Shown one piece after another: positions 1 to 9,801 of a DNA stretch of 26,973 bases. The stretch is from contig JBEUKZ010000092.1 of the NCBI GenBank assembly GCA_048128005.1, forward strand, positions 310,001 to 336,973, read 5' to 3'. Position 1 is the first letter of the stretch, and each line of letters opens with the position of its first letter. The notes beneath the pieces are model-generated. The model saw nothing but the letters and a program-made list of their open reading frames with translations, was not told where the DNA came from and did no database searches. The DNA is from Veleropilina oligotropha. Its lineage: Eukaryota. The position numbers were made by a program, and so were the translations under genes.

Positions 1-247
1 GCGTGTAACCGACCGGTGACTGATACAAGTTATAATTGGGCTGGCCTGGGTTTACGGGAGTCATTATGGGCGGTGGTGACCAGAAATATCCACTATTCTG
101 CCCATTTATCTGTACTGGTGTGGCCATTACGGTGTTTAACTGATCGCTTGACTGACTCACCGAGATTTCAGGAGATATAGCTTCATTGTTCGCCTTTTTC
201 CCTTTATTTTTACTTTTTTTCTTTGGTGGCTGCTTTCCATCACTCAT
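1..247 (-). CDS. Open reading frame running off the window's left edge; probable N-terminus of a LINE ORF1 protein
   Basis: The minus strand reads stop-free from the ATG at 247 to base 1: MSDGKQPPKKKSKNKGKKANNEAISPEISVSQSSDQLNTVMATPVQINGQNSGYFWSPPPIMTPVNPGQPNYNLYQSPVGYT. It is absent from the ORF track because no stop lies in the window. It has a basic N-terminus then an S/P/Q-rich stretch, and is preceded ~105 bp upstream by AATATGGCGGCG (351-362) at the junction with another LINE. The ORF1 assignment is inference. Confidence 0.45.
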   Translation of the reverse strand, partial: MSDGKQPPKKKSKNKGKKANNEAISPEISVSQSSDQLNTVMATPVQINGQNSGYFWSPPPIMTPVNPGQPNYNLYQSPVGYT

Positions 248-362
248 ATGTATTCCGAGGGAAGAGCTTAGGTTGTTTTCCTCGCCTTTAACTGTGCAAA
301 TCCAATTTTCTTTCCAATTTACAAGGAGCAAAATATTTACAACCACCTCACGCCGCCATATT

Positions 363-488
363 ATTTAACCAATTGTGCGCTAACACTGGTCATGCAATTG
401 CGAATGGGCGCCTCGGTACTGACCTTGACGTGGGCAGTTTCACATGCTTCACACCTTTGGGTTCTAGTTTAATTGATTATGTATTAAG
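363..488 (+). pseudogene. APE-type endonuclease fragment of a LINE ORF2 (left part of the interrupted host LINE)
   Basis: Frame 1 from 361 reads LFNQLCANTGHAIANGRLGTDLDVGSFTCFTPLGSSLIDYVL. This contains the NGR...FT...S.IDY motifs of the non-LTR retrotransposon endonuclease C-terminal half. Confidence 0.8.
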
Positions 489-490
489 CG

Positions 491-2261
491 GTGCAAAATC
501 TAAGGATTTCTGGCCCGTCTAATAATAGTAATTTCACTGTACTAGTTGAAGACAATAATACTGTAACTAATCAATCTGATGTCTGTGAAATTTTTAACGA
601 TCATATTGCCAATATTGCTAATGATATCGGTCGCAATGGTTCATCTTCTGATTTTCACTCACATCCTAGTAGAACACTGATCAATGAAAACACAATATGT
701 GACAAGCAAAGCTTTCATTTCAATCAAGTCACCGAAGACTTTGTCAAGAAAACCATAACCTCAATTGGCGTAAAAAGGCGACAGGTATAGATGGGGTCTC
801 TTCTAAACTGCTAAGGCTCGCCAAGGACGAGATAACAGCCCCCATCACTTCGCTGATAAATAAGTCAATTGCTTCGAATGCATTCCCTGACCTCCTGAAA
901 AAGGCCCAAGTGGTTCCCATATACAAAAAAATGACTCCTCTTGCAATTCCAACTACAGACCGATAAGTATTCTGCCCATTACTTCAAACATCTTTGAAAG
1001 GGCCCTAAATACTCAATTAACAGAGTACTTTGATGCACTTTTTCATCCCAATCTTTCGGCCTTCCGTAAGGGATATGGCTGTCAAACAACCTTATTAAGG
1101 GCTATTGAAGACTGGCGCAAGGCCCTTGACGAACATATATTTGTAGCAGCCATTCTAATGGACCTATCTAAGGCTTTGGATTGTTTACCACACAATTTAT
1201 TATTGGAAAAACTTAAAGCCTATAATCTGCCGATGATGCTATTACTTTATTATCTAGCTATTTAACAAACAGGAAACAACGGGTCAAATCTGGCTCCTAT
1301 GTCAGCTCATGGAAACAACTTTCAAAAGGAGTCCCACAGGGATCCATTCTCGGCCCTCTACTCTTCAATGTATTTATTAACGACATATTATATTGCATAA
1401 CTGACTGTTCACTGTATTATTATGCTGATGATAACACCATATCATATTCTCATAATAATTATGATGTTATGCTAGAAACTCTTGAAAGGGAATGCAACAG
1501 CCTAATATCATGGTTCTCTTGCAACATGATGCAGGCTAACCCTGATAAATTTCAATCTATTGCTATTGGTAAAAACACCAACAAGAAATGTGCATATATC
1601 AAAGTTGGTGATACAAATATATCATGCTCTGAAGAAGTCAAATTACTCGGCGTTACAATTGACTTCCAACTAAAATTTGACAAGCACATATCTACCATAT
1701 GTCGCAAGGCTTCTCAGCAGGTCAATGTGCTTAAGCGCATTGGTATCCATCTGAATTTACAATGCAAACTACTTATTTATCACTCTTTCATATTGTCGAA
1801 CCTGAACTATTGTCCATTAACCTGGCACTTTTGCAGCGAGTGCAATGTTAAGAAGCTCGAAATAAATCCAAGAGCGAGCGTTACGTTTAATCTATTATGA
1901 TTTTTCTTTATCATACGAAGAACTTTTACATAAAAGTAAATTCCCCTCTTTACGTGTTCGAAGCCTCAAGCAAATGGCTCTGGAAACATATACAATTTTC
2001 TATAAACAGAGCCCCCAGTACCTTTCAGATTTGATAAATCCCAAAACTGACAATATTTATTCCTTCAGGTATGAGAACACAGTTATTCTACCTAGAGTAA
2101 ACACTACAAGGTATGGTATAAATTCTTTTAGATTTGCAGCTGCTAAACTCTGGAATGATTTACCCAACTCATTTCGATCCACTTCCAGCTTTGCTCATTT
2201 TAAAACTATCATAACTGCTTGGAATGGATCAGATTCGTGTCGTTGCTCTGCTTGCATCTAA
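491..2261 (+). pseudogene. Frameshifted reverse transcriptase ORF2
   Basis: Motifs across frames: KATGIDG, FPDLLKKAQVVPIYKK, NYRPISILP, SAFRKGYGCQT, LMDLSKALDCLPH, GVPQGSILGPLLFNVFIND (from 1328), YADD (1421-1432), KLLGVTID, C-terminal SFRFAAAKLWNDLP...CRCSACI*. Frameshifts lie near 772, 940, 1230 and 1860. Confidence 0.92.
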
Positions 2262-2703
2262 CTTCTCATCTGCATCTAGCTACCACGATTTCATGTTTTA
2301 TATTGCTTTATATTACTCATTCATTTTATTACTGTGCTAGACAAACTTCTTATTTCCCAATTACGCATGAATTTGCATGCTGCTCATATGCTACGACATA
2401 CATAATATTAATCTTTTTTGTCAATATTTATCTTTATTATTTTATCATCATTTTATCATTTTATCATGTTTTTATCATGTTTTTGCTCTCATCTTAACTA
2501 TTTTAAAACAGTTTGTTTTGTTTGTAAATAATATTTTGTATAATGGTATTGCCTTTGCTTATGCATGCAATTATGATTACATGGTTTTATACTGTATTGT
2601 GCTAGAATTATTTATTTAAACTTTTAAACTCTTACATATAAGGTCGGTCAAATAGCTTTTCAAGCTAGTGTTTCCTTTTATGTTTATTCCGACGGTAAAT
2701 AAA

Positions 2704-2730
2704 ATTTGATTTGATTTGATTTTGATTTGA
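2704..2730 (+). repeat. (ATTTG)n microsatellite tail of the nested LINE
   Basis: atttgatttgatttgattttgatttga directly after AATAAA. Confidence 0.85.
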
Positions 2731-4984
2731 TCTCCCGAAAATTTTCCGTTTCTACAATCCTTTAATGTTCTAGAAATTAACGAGTTTTCTGACCACGCGA
2801 GCCTCAGCTTTGCCTTCAATATCAATTGCTTGAACAGATCTAGAGAGAGAGTCATGACGTTTACAGTATTCCTTTAATACAATGGAACGTCGACAGGGCT
2901 CAACAATAAAGAAATGCAATTATCGATAATTCTGTAACTCTCGAAGAAATTGTAAATAATCTCACCAAGAATCACGATATAGACAAGACAGTTAATGATC
3001 TGTCAGAGAAAATACAATATTGGAAACGCCTTATTCGGCAATGTGAAGATAGTTTATAAGAATCCAAAACATAAAAATCCCTGGTTTAACAACGAATGTA
3101 AACGTTGTAAAATGACTTTTTGTAGATAACGAAACAATTATAGACACTCTCGTAGTGACGCAAATAGAACTAGATTTATAGAAGGTCGGAATAGTTACGT
3201 GAAGGCAAAAATGTCAGCGCGATACAACTATAAAAATAAAAAGGGCAGATAACTTGGAAATATAGCGAAATACGAACCTCGCAAATTTTGGTAAACTGTT
3301 AAAAAACAGAAAGTAAAACCAAGTAATGTCAAACCACCAAGTAATATTGAATTCACAAATTACTTCCAGCAACTATTTGGAAATTTTCCAGAAGAACCAA
3401 TACAGGAAATCAAAAACCTTCTCGACCAAGCGAAGTCAGATCTAAATAGAAATGCTATAACCATTAATTCTCTTGATAATGAAATTTAAATTTTTATTGC
3501 GTTTTCGTCGACTTTGAGAAAGCATTCGATAAGGTTAATAGGGATATCCTTTATTATAAACTGTGGAAGGAAGGTATAAGCAGTAAAATTATTAAGATGG
3601 TTAAGAGTATGTACTCATGGGTCGATATATGTGCTAAGCATGATTTCCTGGTTTCAAATACATTTCGAAGTCACCAAGGTGTGAAGCAAGGTGAACCCAT
3701 GTCGCCCCTTCTTTTCTTATTCTGTATTAATGATTTCATGTCTAACTACAATCCTCACAATATCAATGATCTCATAATGATTGAAACTGTTATATTATTC
3801 TCTATACTTTTCGCGGATGACACTGTATTATTTTCTAAATCTGGTTTAGAATTGCAGAACCAATTAGATCATCAATCAAAATATTGTGAGAAATGGAATA
3901 CATCTGTCAATATCAATAAAACTAAAATTGTCATATTTACAAAGAAACGATCACTACCTCACTTTGAATTTCTCAATAACAATGTAAATATTGATCAACT
4001 CGACTCTTTCACATATCTTGGCGTACTTTTACATAGAAGTGGAAATTTTAATTATACACAGAAACGACAAGCACAGCAAGGCGAACAAGCATTAAGTGGA
4101 TTAAATCATATAATTAAAAGCTAAAACTTTCCAGTACAGACTCAACTTTATATGTTTGATTCACTTATTAGCCCGGTGTTGAACTACGCTGCTGAAGTTT
4201 GGGGTTTTAGCAAAGCAGACAAAGTTGAAAATGTCCACACGAAATTTTGTAGAAAAACATTACAAATTTCACAAAGGGCGCCAACATACTTCCTCTTAGG
4301 TGAACTAGAGAGAGTAACGCTGGCCGTTAAAAGACGAAAAAGAATACTTAAATATTGGATACAAATTATTGGTAATAAAAACTCATTACCATATATCACA
4401 TACAATAACGCCAGAAGAAAATGTGAAAGGGTTAATGTTATTAACTGGGGCTCCAACGTAAGGGATTTACTGTTCGAGCTAGGCTTTAATAATTACTGGA
4501 TGGAGCAAGATTCAATCGAACTTTCTCTATCCAAGCTAACTCAGCGACTACACGACCAGTTCACGCAGTGTTGGCACACTACTATACAAAACACCCCGAA
4601 ACCACGTTTATATGCAATTTATAAACCCACCATACAGTGGGAAAGTACATGAATCTACACAATCATGCAACTATAAAACTTATATCTCAAATAATAAGTG
4701 GAAGCGGTAAATTAGCTATCGAGGAGGGAAGATTTCGTGGAGTTGAAATAAAGAATAGGATATGCCAACACTGCCCCATGCAAGTAGTTGAAGATGAGTA
4801 CCACTTTGTCCTTGTTTGTCCTAAATATATAAATATTCGTATAACATATCTACCTAAATATTATACAAGATGGCCGAACATGCAAAAATTTATTAATTTG
4901 ATGACATCGGACTCCAATAAAGTGTTATCCAACCTAGGGATTTTTCTTAAATATTCCTGGGCCATAAGAAATAATCAGATGTAA
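2731..4984 (+). pseudogene. Disrupted ORF2 (endonuclease end, linker, RT, C-terminal Cys/His motif) with an internal deletion
   Basis: Motifs: SPENFPFLQSFNVLEINEFSDHASLSF (SDH 2788-2796), PWFNNECK, EPRKFW, FVDFEKAFDKV (~3504), GVKQGEPMSPLLF, FADD (3810-3821), FTYLGV, LNYAAEVWG, RICQHC...EDEYHFVLVCP. There are several stops and frameshifts, and the N-terminal RT blocks are missing at ~3488. Confidence 0.9.
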
Positions 4985-5397
4985 GCTCTAAAAAGATTAT
5001 AACAACTGACGAAAAGACACTATAACTATATAATATACATGCATTGCAACCATCATTGCGGGTGCATTCAATATTATCATATATGTTTTTCTGCTGTGCA
5101 CTCCAATTTTTTTGTTATTTATATCAACTAATGGTACTGGTTCCTCCAATAACACATTATTCCATAATTACCTACATACATATGTATGTACAGTTGCATC
5201 ATTTGCTACATTTTATGTAATACTATATTTATGTATGTAGGCCTATATTAATATATTTACAATTACATCTCTTGATAATATATACGCATTTTTATTCATA
5301 ATTATAACCTGTCCATCATACATGTATATATACATATATGGCTACAAATATGTATTTGTTTATAGCTTAATAAAACTGAATTGATTTGAAAATTGCA
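2731..5397 (+). mobile_element. Decayed non-LTR retrotransposon (CR1/L2 group sensu lato), right part of the host LINE
   Basis: Resumes with the endonuclease SDH motif and continues through RT to a stop at 4984. An AT-rich 3' UTR follows, then AATAAA at 5369 and a degenerate (TTGAA)-type tail. Confidence 0.88.
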
Positions 5398-5411
5398 ATA
5401 TCATAATTAAT

Positions 5412-5460
5412 AATCAATCATCATCATCATTTATTGCCATAAGCACAATGGCTTTTTAGC
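5412..5460 (-). mobile_element. Probable 3' terminus of a further LINE/SINE in opposite orientation
   Basis: The minus strand reads GCCAT-tgtgctt-ATGGC hairpin, then AATAAA, then a (TGA)n/(TTGA) tail. This is the same hairpin-polyA signal-microsatellite layout as the LINE end at 2643-2730. The upstream extent is not definable. Confidence 0.5.
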
Positions 5461-5519
5461 CGTATTACGATATATGCGGATTTGTACAGCATTGGAATTT
5501 TAAGGAGCAAATACATATA

Positions 5520-5700
5520 CAACTTGACTAGTAGGCCTATTTGCACTATGGAATACATGTAGGCAAAAATAGAACTTAATTGAGTTCCTGTAAATATTAT
5601 AATTCAAGAATGAACAGTGTAATTGGTCGCAATAATATCACAACATGATTAATAGTTGCACTGTCAAATATGATATAATATAATTTTGTTCAAGTAAGCA
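5520..5700. repeat. Two diverged copies of a ~110-120-bp repeat (left flank of the array)
   Basis: caacttgactag...ttgcactatggaatacat...atagaacttaattgagttcctgtaaat and caacatgattaatagttgcactgtcaaata...taattttgttcaagtaa both align with 26173-26255. Confidence 0.6.
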
Positions 5701-6452
5701 ATATAAATAAAGAATTAAAGCTGCAAGCAGCTGTGAGGGCTTCAAGTCCGAACCGTGGTGGCTGCAGTAGTTGCAATCGAACCCCATACTTGACATTCAT
5801 GTCCAATGTGCTTTACCTATACCACAGTGGCACTGATGTGAAAAACTCGCCTGCAAGGTCAATATTTAACATATACGTCATATATAGGTCAAAAGGTCAT
5901 CGGAAGTCAAAGGTCAAGGTCACATTTGAAAGATTGCCCATGACCTCATATAGGCTCCCTATGGTAACTAGTGTCTACAGTGCATAATTTGCGAGATATT
6001 GCTTGTGTACACAAATCATGTAATGGCCACCCTGGCAATTCTAGTTTTCGGAAATTGGTCGAATGCGCCAATAGGTCTTCAATGTACCTACTTTTGCAAA
6101 TAGACATGTCTTTATCCATTTTGTATTAATTTTAGTATCATTAAGTATCATAACTCTACGTCGATTTCCTTAAATCCAGGATGGTGGATGACCTACTTGA
6201 CCGATCTGATCAAAATTTGTTTCTATAGCAAGGGCTTCCATATATACACACCTATATATGATATATCATTATTCTAGTCACAAAGCTTTTTGAGATATTG
6301 CCATTTAAGAATTAAAATCACCGACAATATCGAAAATATCTCAAAACGAGGCGCTTTAAACGATTTTAAGAACCCATCTTTTTACAGTATTTAAGTAGTT
6401 GATAGATGAAGCATTCTTCCAATTTTCAGAAAAATTCATCAGAGATATGGAG

Positions 6453-6667
6453 ATATCTCGAGAACTACACTGGGTAGAAGCCTGAAATTTGCGGCATGCG
6501 ATTCAGAGTCGTTATATGTATATAATAAAAAAAGGATTTTTTTTTTAAAGAAAATTAAATAAAATTTATTTTATTTCTTTATTTTATTATTTCATGATGA
6601 ACATATGGCCACTCTGAATCGAATGCCGCAAATTTCAAATTTCTACACCGCTTAGTTCTCGAGATAT
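6453..6667. repeat. Long inverted repeat, 67-bp arms around an 81-bp AT-rich spacer (second copy 18296-18512)
   Basis: Arm 6453-6519 versus the reverse complement of 6601-6667 gives 56 of 67 identities by manual ungapped alignment. Confidence 0.9.
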
Positions 6668-7104
6668 GGCCATTTGAATATTAATGCGGCGGCCATTTTG
6701 TTTTTTTCCCAAAAAATATTTGACCTAATTTAAAATATCTAAGCTCTAGGACCAGTCTTAACCTAGTTATCCCCTTTATGACCATTTTATATCGTCCAAA
6801 TAGGCATTTTTCCTTAAATAGGTCACCTGCGGTCAAAGGTCAAAGTGGATTTGGAATACCCACCCATGACTTCCCATAGGCTCCCTATAGTAACCATGTC
6901 TCTAGCTACAATATTATTGAAGATATTAGCTGTTAAAGAATTTGGAAAATTCAATGAAAGATGGCGGATGACCTAATTAACCGATCTGGCCAAGATTGGT
7001 TTCTATAGTAAGGGCATCGGCATATGCACCTAAATATGAAATATCGTTACTCTAGCTGCAGCAGTTTTAGAGATATTGCCATTTAAAAATCACAAAATAT
7101 ATTT

Positions 7105-7176
7105 TTGCCATATCGAGGTTCGAACCCAGGTCCTCTCAATTGGGAGTCTAGAACGATACCACTGCTCCACGAGTGC
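7105..7176 (-). ncRNA. tRNA-derived (Gly-like) pseudo-tRNA/SINE head, copy 1 (also 18951-19021)
   Basis: GCACTCGTGGAGCAGTGGTATCGTTCTAGACTCCCAATTGAGAGGACCTGGGTTCGAACCTCGATATGGCA. A-box TGGAGCAGTGG, B-box GGTTCGAACC, CT-CCC-AA loop. The acceptor and anticodon stems are imperfect, and T4/T5 runs follow downstream. Confidence 0.65.
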
Positions 7177-7264
7177 GCTCATTAAATTGACCTCAAAATA
7201 ACACCATCTAGTGACATGCTACACAAACATTTGTAAAAATGCATAAAATCACAAAAATATATTT

Positions 7265-7336
7265 TTGACATATCGTGATTCGAACCCGGGTCCTCCCAAT
7301 TGAGAGTCTAGAACGCTACCACTGCGCCACGAGTGA
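7265..7336 (-). ncRNA. tRNA-derived pseudo-tRNA/SINE head, copy 2, in a 160-bp tandem duplication (also 19111-19181)
   Basis: TCACTCGTGGCGCAGTGGTAGCGTTCTAGACTCTCAATTGGGAGGACCCGGGTTCGAATCACG. A-box TGGCGCAGTGG, B-box GGTTCGAATC. Confidence 0.65.
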
Positions 7337-7766
7337 GCTCATTAAATTGACCTCAAAATAACTACATATGCTTTCACTACGATAATTGCAACCGGGCACT
7401 TCGCGATGATGCGCATTGTTTAACTCGCTCCAACTTTGGAAATACGTAACATAATTTCTTCAAATTTTTAGTATATGTAGTGTATTGGCATCTTACTTGA
7501 TGGTGGAAATTTCGAATAGTTAGATAACTTGGTTAAAGAGATATTAAGAATGTCGCAAAGAGGCGACTTTACAAACTTTGGATGGAAAAACAATGCTATG
7601 AAGTTGCTGGAACACCATACATATCAGCGATAAAGTTGTTCATATTGACCTGCTCTATTAGTATGCCAAATTTGAGTGATGTGCTTCATGTATTATTGGA
7701 GTTAGTGCCCCTGAGAGAGGATTTCAAATGTAATCATTTTGAATTGTTGCAAACTTCACTTTTCGA

Positions 7767-8404
7767 ATATTTTAATCATTTTTTTTACTCGTATTTACTT
7801 AATAACATCAATGTTGCATATTTACAAGAAAAAAAAGTGAATTTTGTTCGATTTGACGAAAATAGCTTTTTACCAAATTCATTGTTAAAGGCCGCCATTA
7901 TCGGGAATATCTCAAAACGAGGCACTTAAAACGATATTTCAGAATCCATCTATTAACAGACTTTAAGTAGATGATAGGCAAAGCATTCTTCCAAGTTCCA
8001 GAAAAATTCTTCCGAGACTTTTTTAGCAATGGGCGCAAACGCAAATTCCAAGATGGCGGCTGACCTAATTGCAAAAGTTATGACTTGGCTTCACAGGGAT
8101 GACCAGTATATACCTATTAACTTACATATTGAAGTTCATTGCTCTAGCTTAGTCTTAACAAAGTTATTAGCAAAATGGCGTTTCTTAAATATTTGCATAA
8201 AACAAGATGGCCGCCAAACCGGTGGCGCCACCAAACTGAAAAATTTTCAAGCACTACTTCAATACGGTAGGTACATATATGCTAAGTTTCAAGTTCATGC
8301 CTTTTATAGTTTTTGAGATTTCGGTGGTACAAAATTCGGACAAATAATAAAAAAAAAAGGTTTAGCAATAACAATAGGTCTTCAAGCATGAAGCTTGAAG
8401 CCCT
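7767..8404 (-). repeat. ~640-bp 5'-terminal segment shared by all seven units
   Basis: Near-identical to 10837-11473 and to the last ~620-645 bp of each unit ending at 14541, 17555, 20247, 23061 and 26108. Confidence 0.95.
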
Positions 8405-8486
8405 AATTAAATCAGCTTATAGAGTTCCAAGCTAAAGCCTTTGTTAATGAGCTAAGCAATCCAGTTCAAATTATATCCTGTAAATC

Positions 8487-9770
8487 CAAGATGGCCACCA
8501 TATGTGTGACGTCACACATCTGAAATGTTTACAGGCATCTATTTAACACCAAATCTACCTACAAATCAAATTTTAACCTTCTATCTATAATATCTTGGAA
8601 ATCCAAGATGGCCGCCAGACCTGAAGCGCTAAACAGCTGTAATGTTTTCAGGCTTCTATTAAACACCATATGTACCTAAAATCCAAATTTGAACTTTCCA
8701 TCTTCAAAATCTTGGAAATTCAAGATGGCTACCATACCAGTGACGTCACATATGTGAAATGTTTACAGGCATCTATCTAACTCCAAATATACCTACAAAT
8801 CAAATTTTAGCCTTCTATCTATAATATCTTGGAAACCCAAAATGGCCGCCACACCGGAAGTGCTAAACAGCTGTAATGTTTTCCATCTTATATTAAACAC
8901 CATAGGCACCTATTAACCAAATTTGAACTTTCTATGTTTAAAATCTTGGAAATTCAAGATGGCCGACAAACCAGTGGCGTCAAACAGCTGAAATGTTAAC
9001 AGACATCTATTTAACACCACATCTACCTACAAATCAAATTTTAACCTTCTATCTATAATATCTTGGAAATCCAAGATGGCCGCCACACCGGAAGTGCTAA
9101 ACAGCTGTAATGTTTTCAATCTTCTATTAAACACCATAGGCACCTATTAACCAAATTTGAACTTTCTATCTTCAAAATCTTGGAAATTCAAGATGGCCGA
9201 CAAACCAGTGACGTCACACATTTGAAATGTTTACAGGCATCTATCTAACACCAAATCTACCTACAAATCAAATTTTAACCTTCTATCTATAATATCTTGG
9301 AAATTCAAGATGGCCGCCACACCGGAAGTGCTAAACAGCCGTAATGTTTTCAATCTTCTATTAAACACCATAGGCACCTATTAACCAAATTTGAACTTTC
9401 TATCTTTAAAATCTTGGAAATTCAAGATGGCCGATAAACCAGTGACGTCACACAGCTGAAATGTTAACTGGTATCTATTTAACACCACATCTACCTACAA
9501 ATCAAATTTTAACCTTCTATCTATCATATCTTGGAAATCCAAGATGGCCGCCACACCGGAAGTGCTAAACAGCTGTAATGTTTTCAGGTTTCTATTATAC
9601 ACCATATATACCTAAAAATCAAATTTGAACTTTCCATCTTCAAATTCTTGAAAATTCAAGATGGCTGACAAATCGGTGGCGCCATCTAGTTGAGATTCTT
9701 ACAGACACCTTTTGCACATGACATATACCTACACATCGAATTTTAACTTCCTATCTTCAATATCAAGGAT
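8487..9770. repeat. 117-bp satellite, 11 monomers, alternating alpha/beta (234-bp dimer)
   Basis: CAARATGG starts at 8487, 8604, 8721, 8838, 8955, 9072, 9189, 9306, 9423, 9540 and 9657, an exact 117-bp spacing. The last monomer is diverged. Confidence 0.97.
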
Positions 9771-9772
9771 CT

Positions 9773-9801
9773 AGGTCAACTGAGGTCAAAGGTCAATGTC
9801 A
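9773..9801 (+). promoter_or_regulatory. Chained AGGTCA half-sites (DR4+DR1); related clusters at 5886-5922, 6820-6842, 10022-10050 and in every unit copy
   Basis: AGGTCA-actg-AGGTCA-a-AGGTCA-ATGTCA matches nuclear-receptor direct-repeat consensus. Function is not demonstrated. Confidence 0.4.

Larger units (their letters stand above)
491..2730 (+). mobile_element. 5'-truncated non-LTR retrotransposon (CR1/L2 group), nested in another LINE
   Basis: Contains RT motifs (see next feature) and an AT-rich 3' UTR after 2261. It ends with a 3' stem-loop (GTCGG 2643-2647 / CCGAC 2689-2693 enclosing TAGCTT-ttc-AAGCTA), AATAAA at 2698-2703 and an (ATTTG)n tail at 2704-2730. Confidence 0.9.
5713..8404 (-). 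mobile_element. Unit A1, complete HINE-like element (2692 bp)
   Basis: 3' hairpin 5719-5732; 3' subTIR AGGGCTTCAAG 5736-5746, the exact inverse of the 5' subTIR CTTGAAGCCCT 8394-8404; 5' IR arm 8375-8387. Confidence 0.85.

Noticed and set aside
2219..2855. Hydrophobic ORFs 2219-2497, 2377-2619 and minus-strand 2616-2855
   Set aside because: They are by-products of the T-rich LINE 3' UTR and tail.
744..4456. Antisense ORFs 744-926 and 4184-4456
   Set aside because: They are shadows of the RT coding frames on the opposite strand.
491..4984. Prokaryotic RT system (retron, DGR, group II intron) paired with the repeat array
   Set aside because: Both RTs have non-LTR retrotransposon motifs and polyA-signal/microsatellite tails, the host one also has an APE endonuclease, and both are pseudogenised. 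Nothing links them to the array.
7105..7336. Functional tRNA-Gly/Glu genes
   Set aside because: The acceptor and anticodon stems do not pair properly, so these are treated as tRNA-derived heads.
8487..9770. CRISPR-like appearance of regularly spaced CAAGATGGC repeats
   Set aside because: The intervening sequences are themselves repeats rather than unique spacers, there are no cas genes, and the context is eukaryotic.
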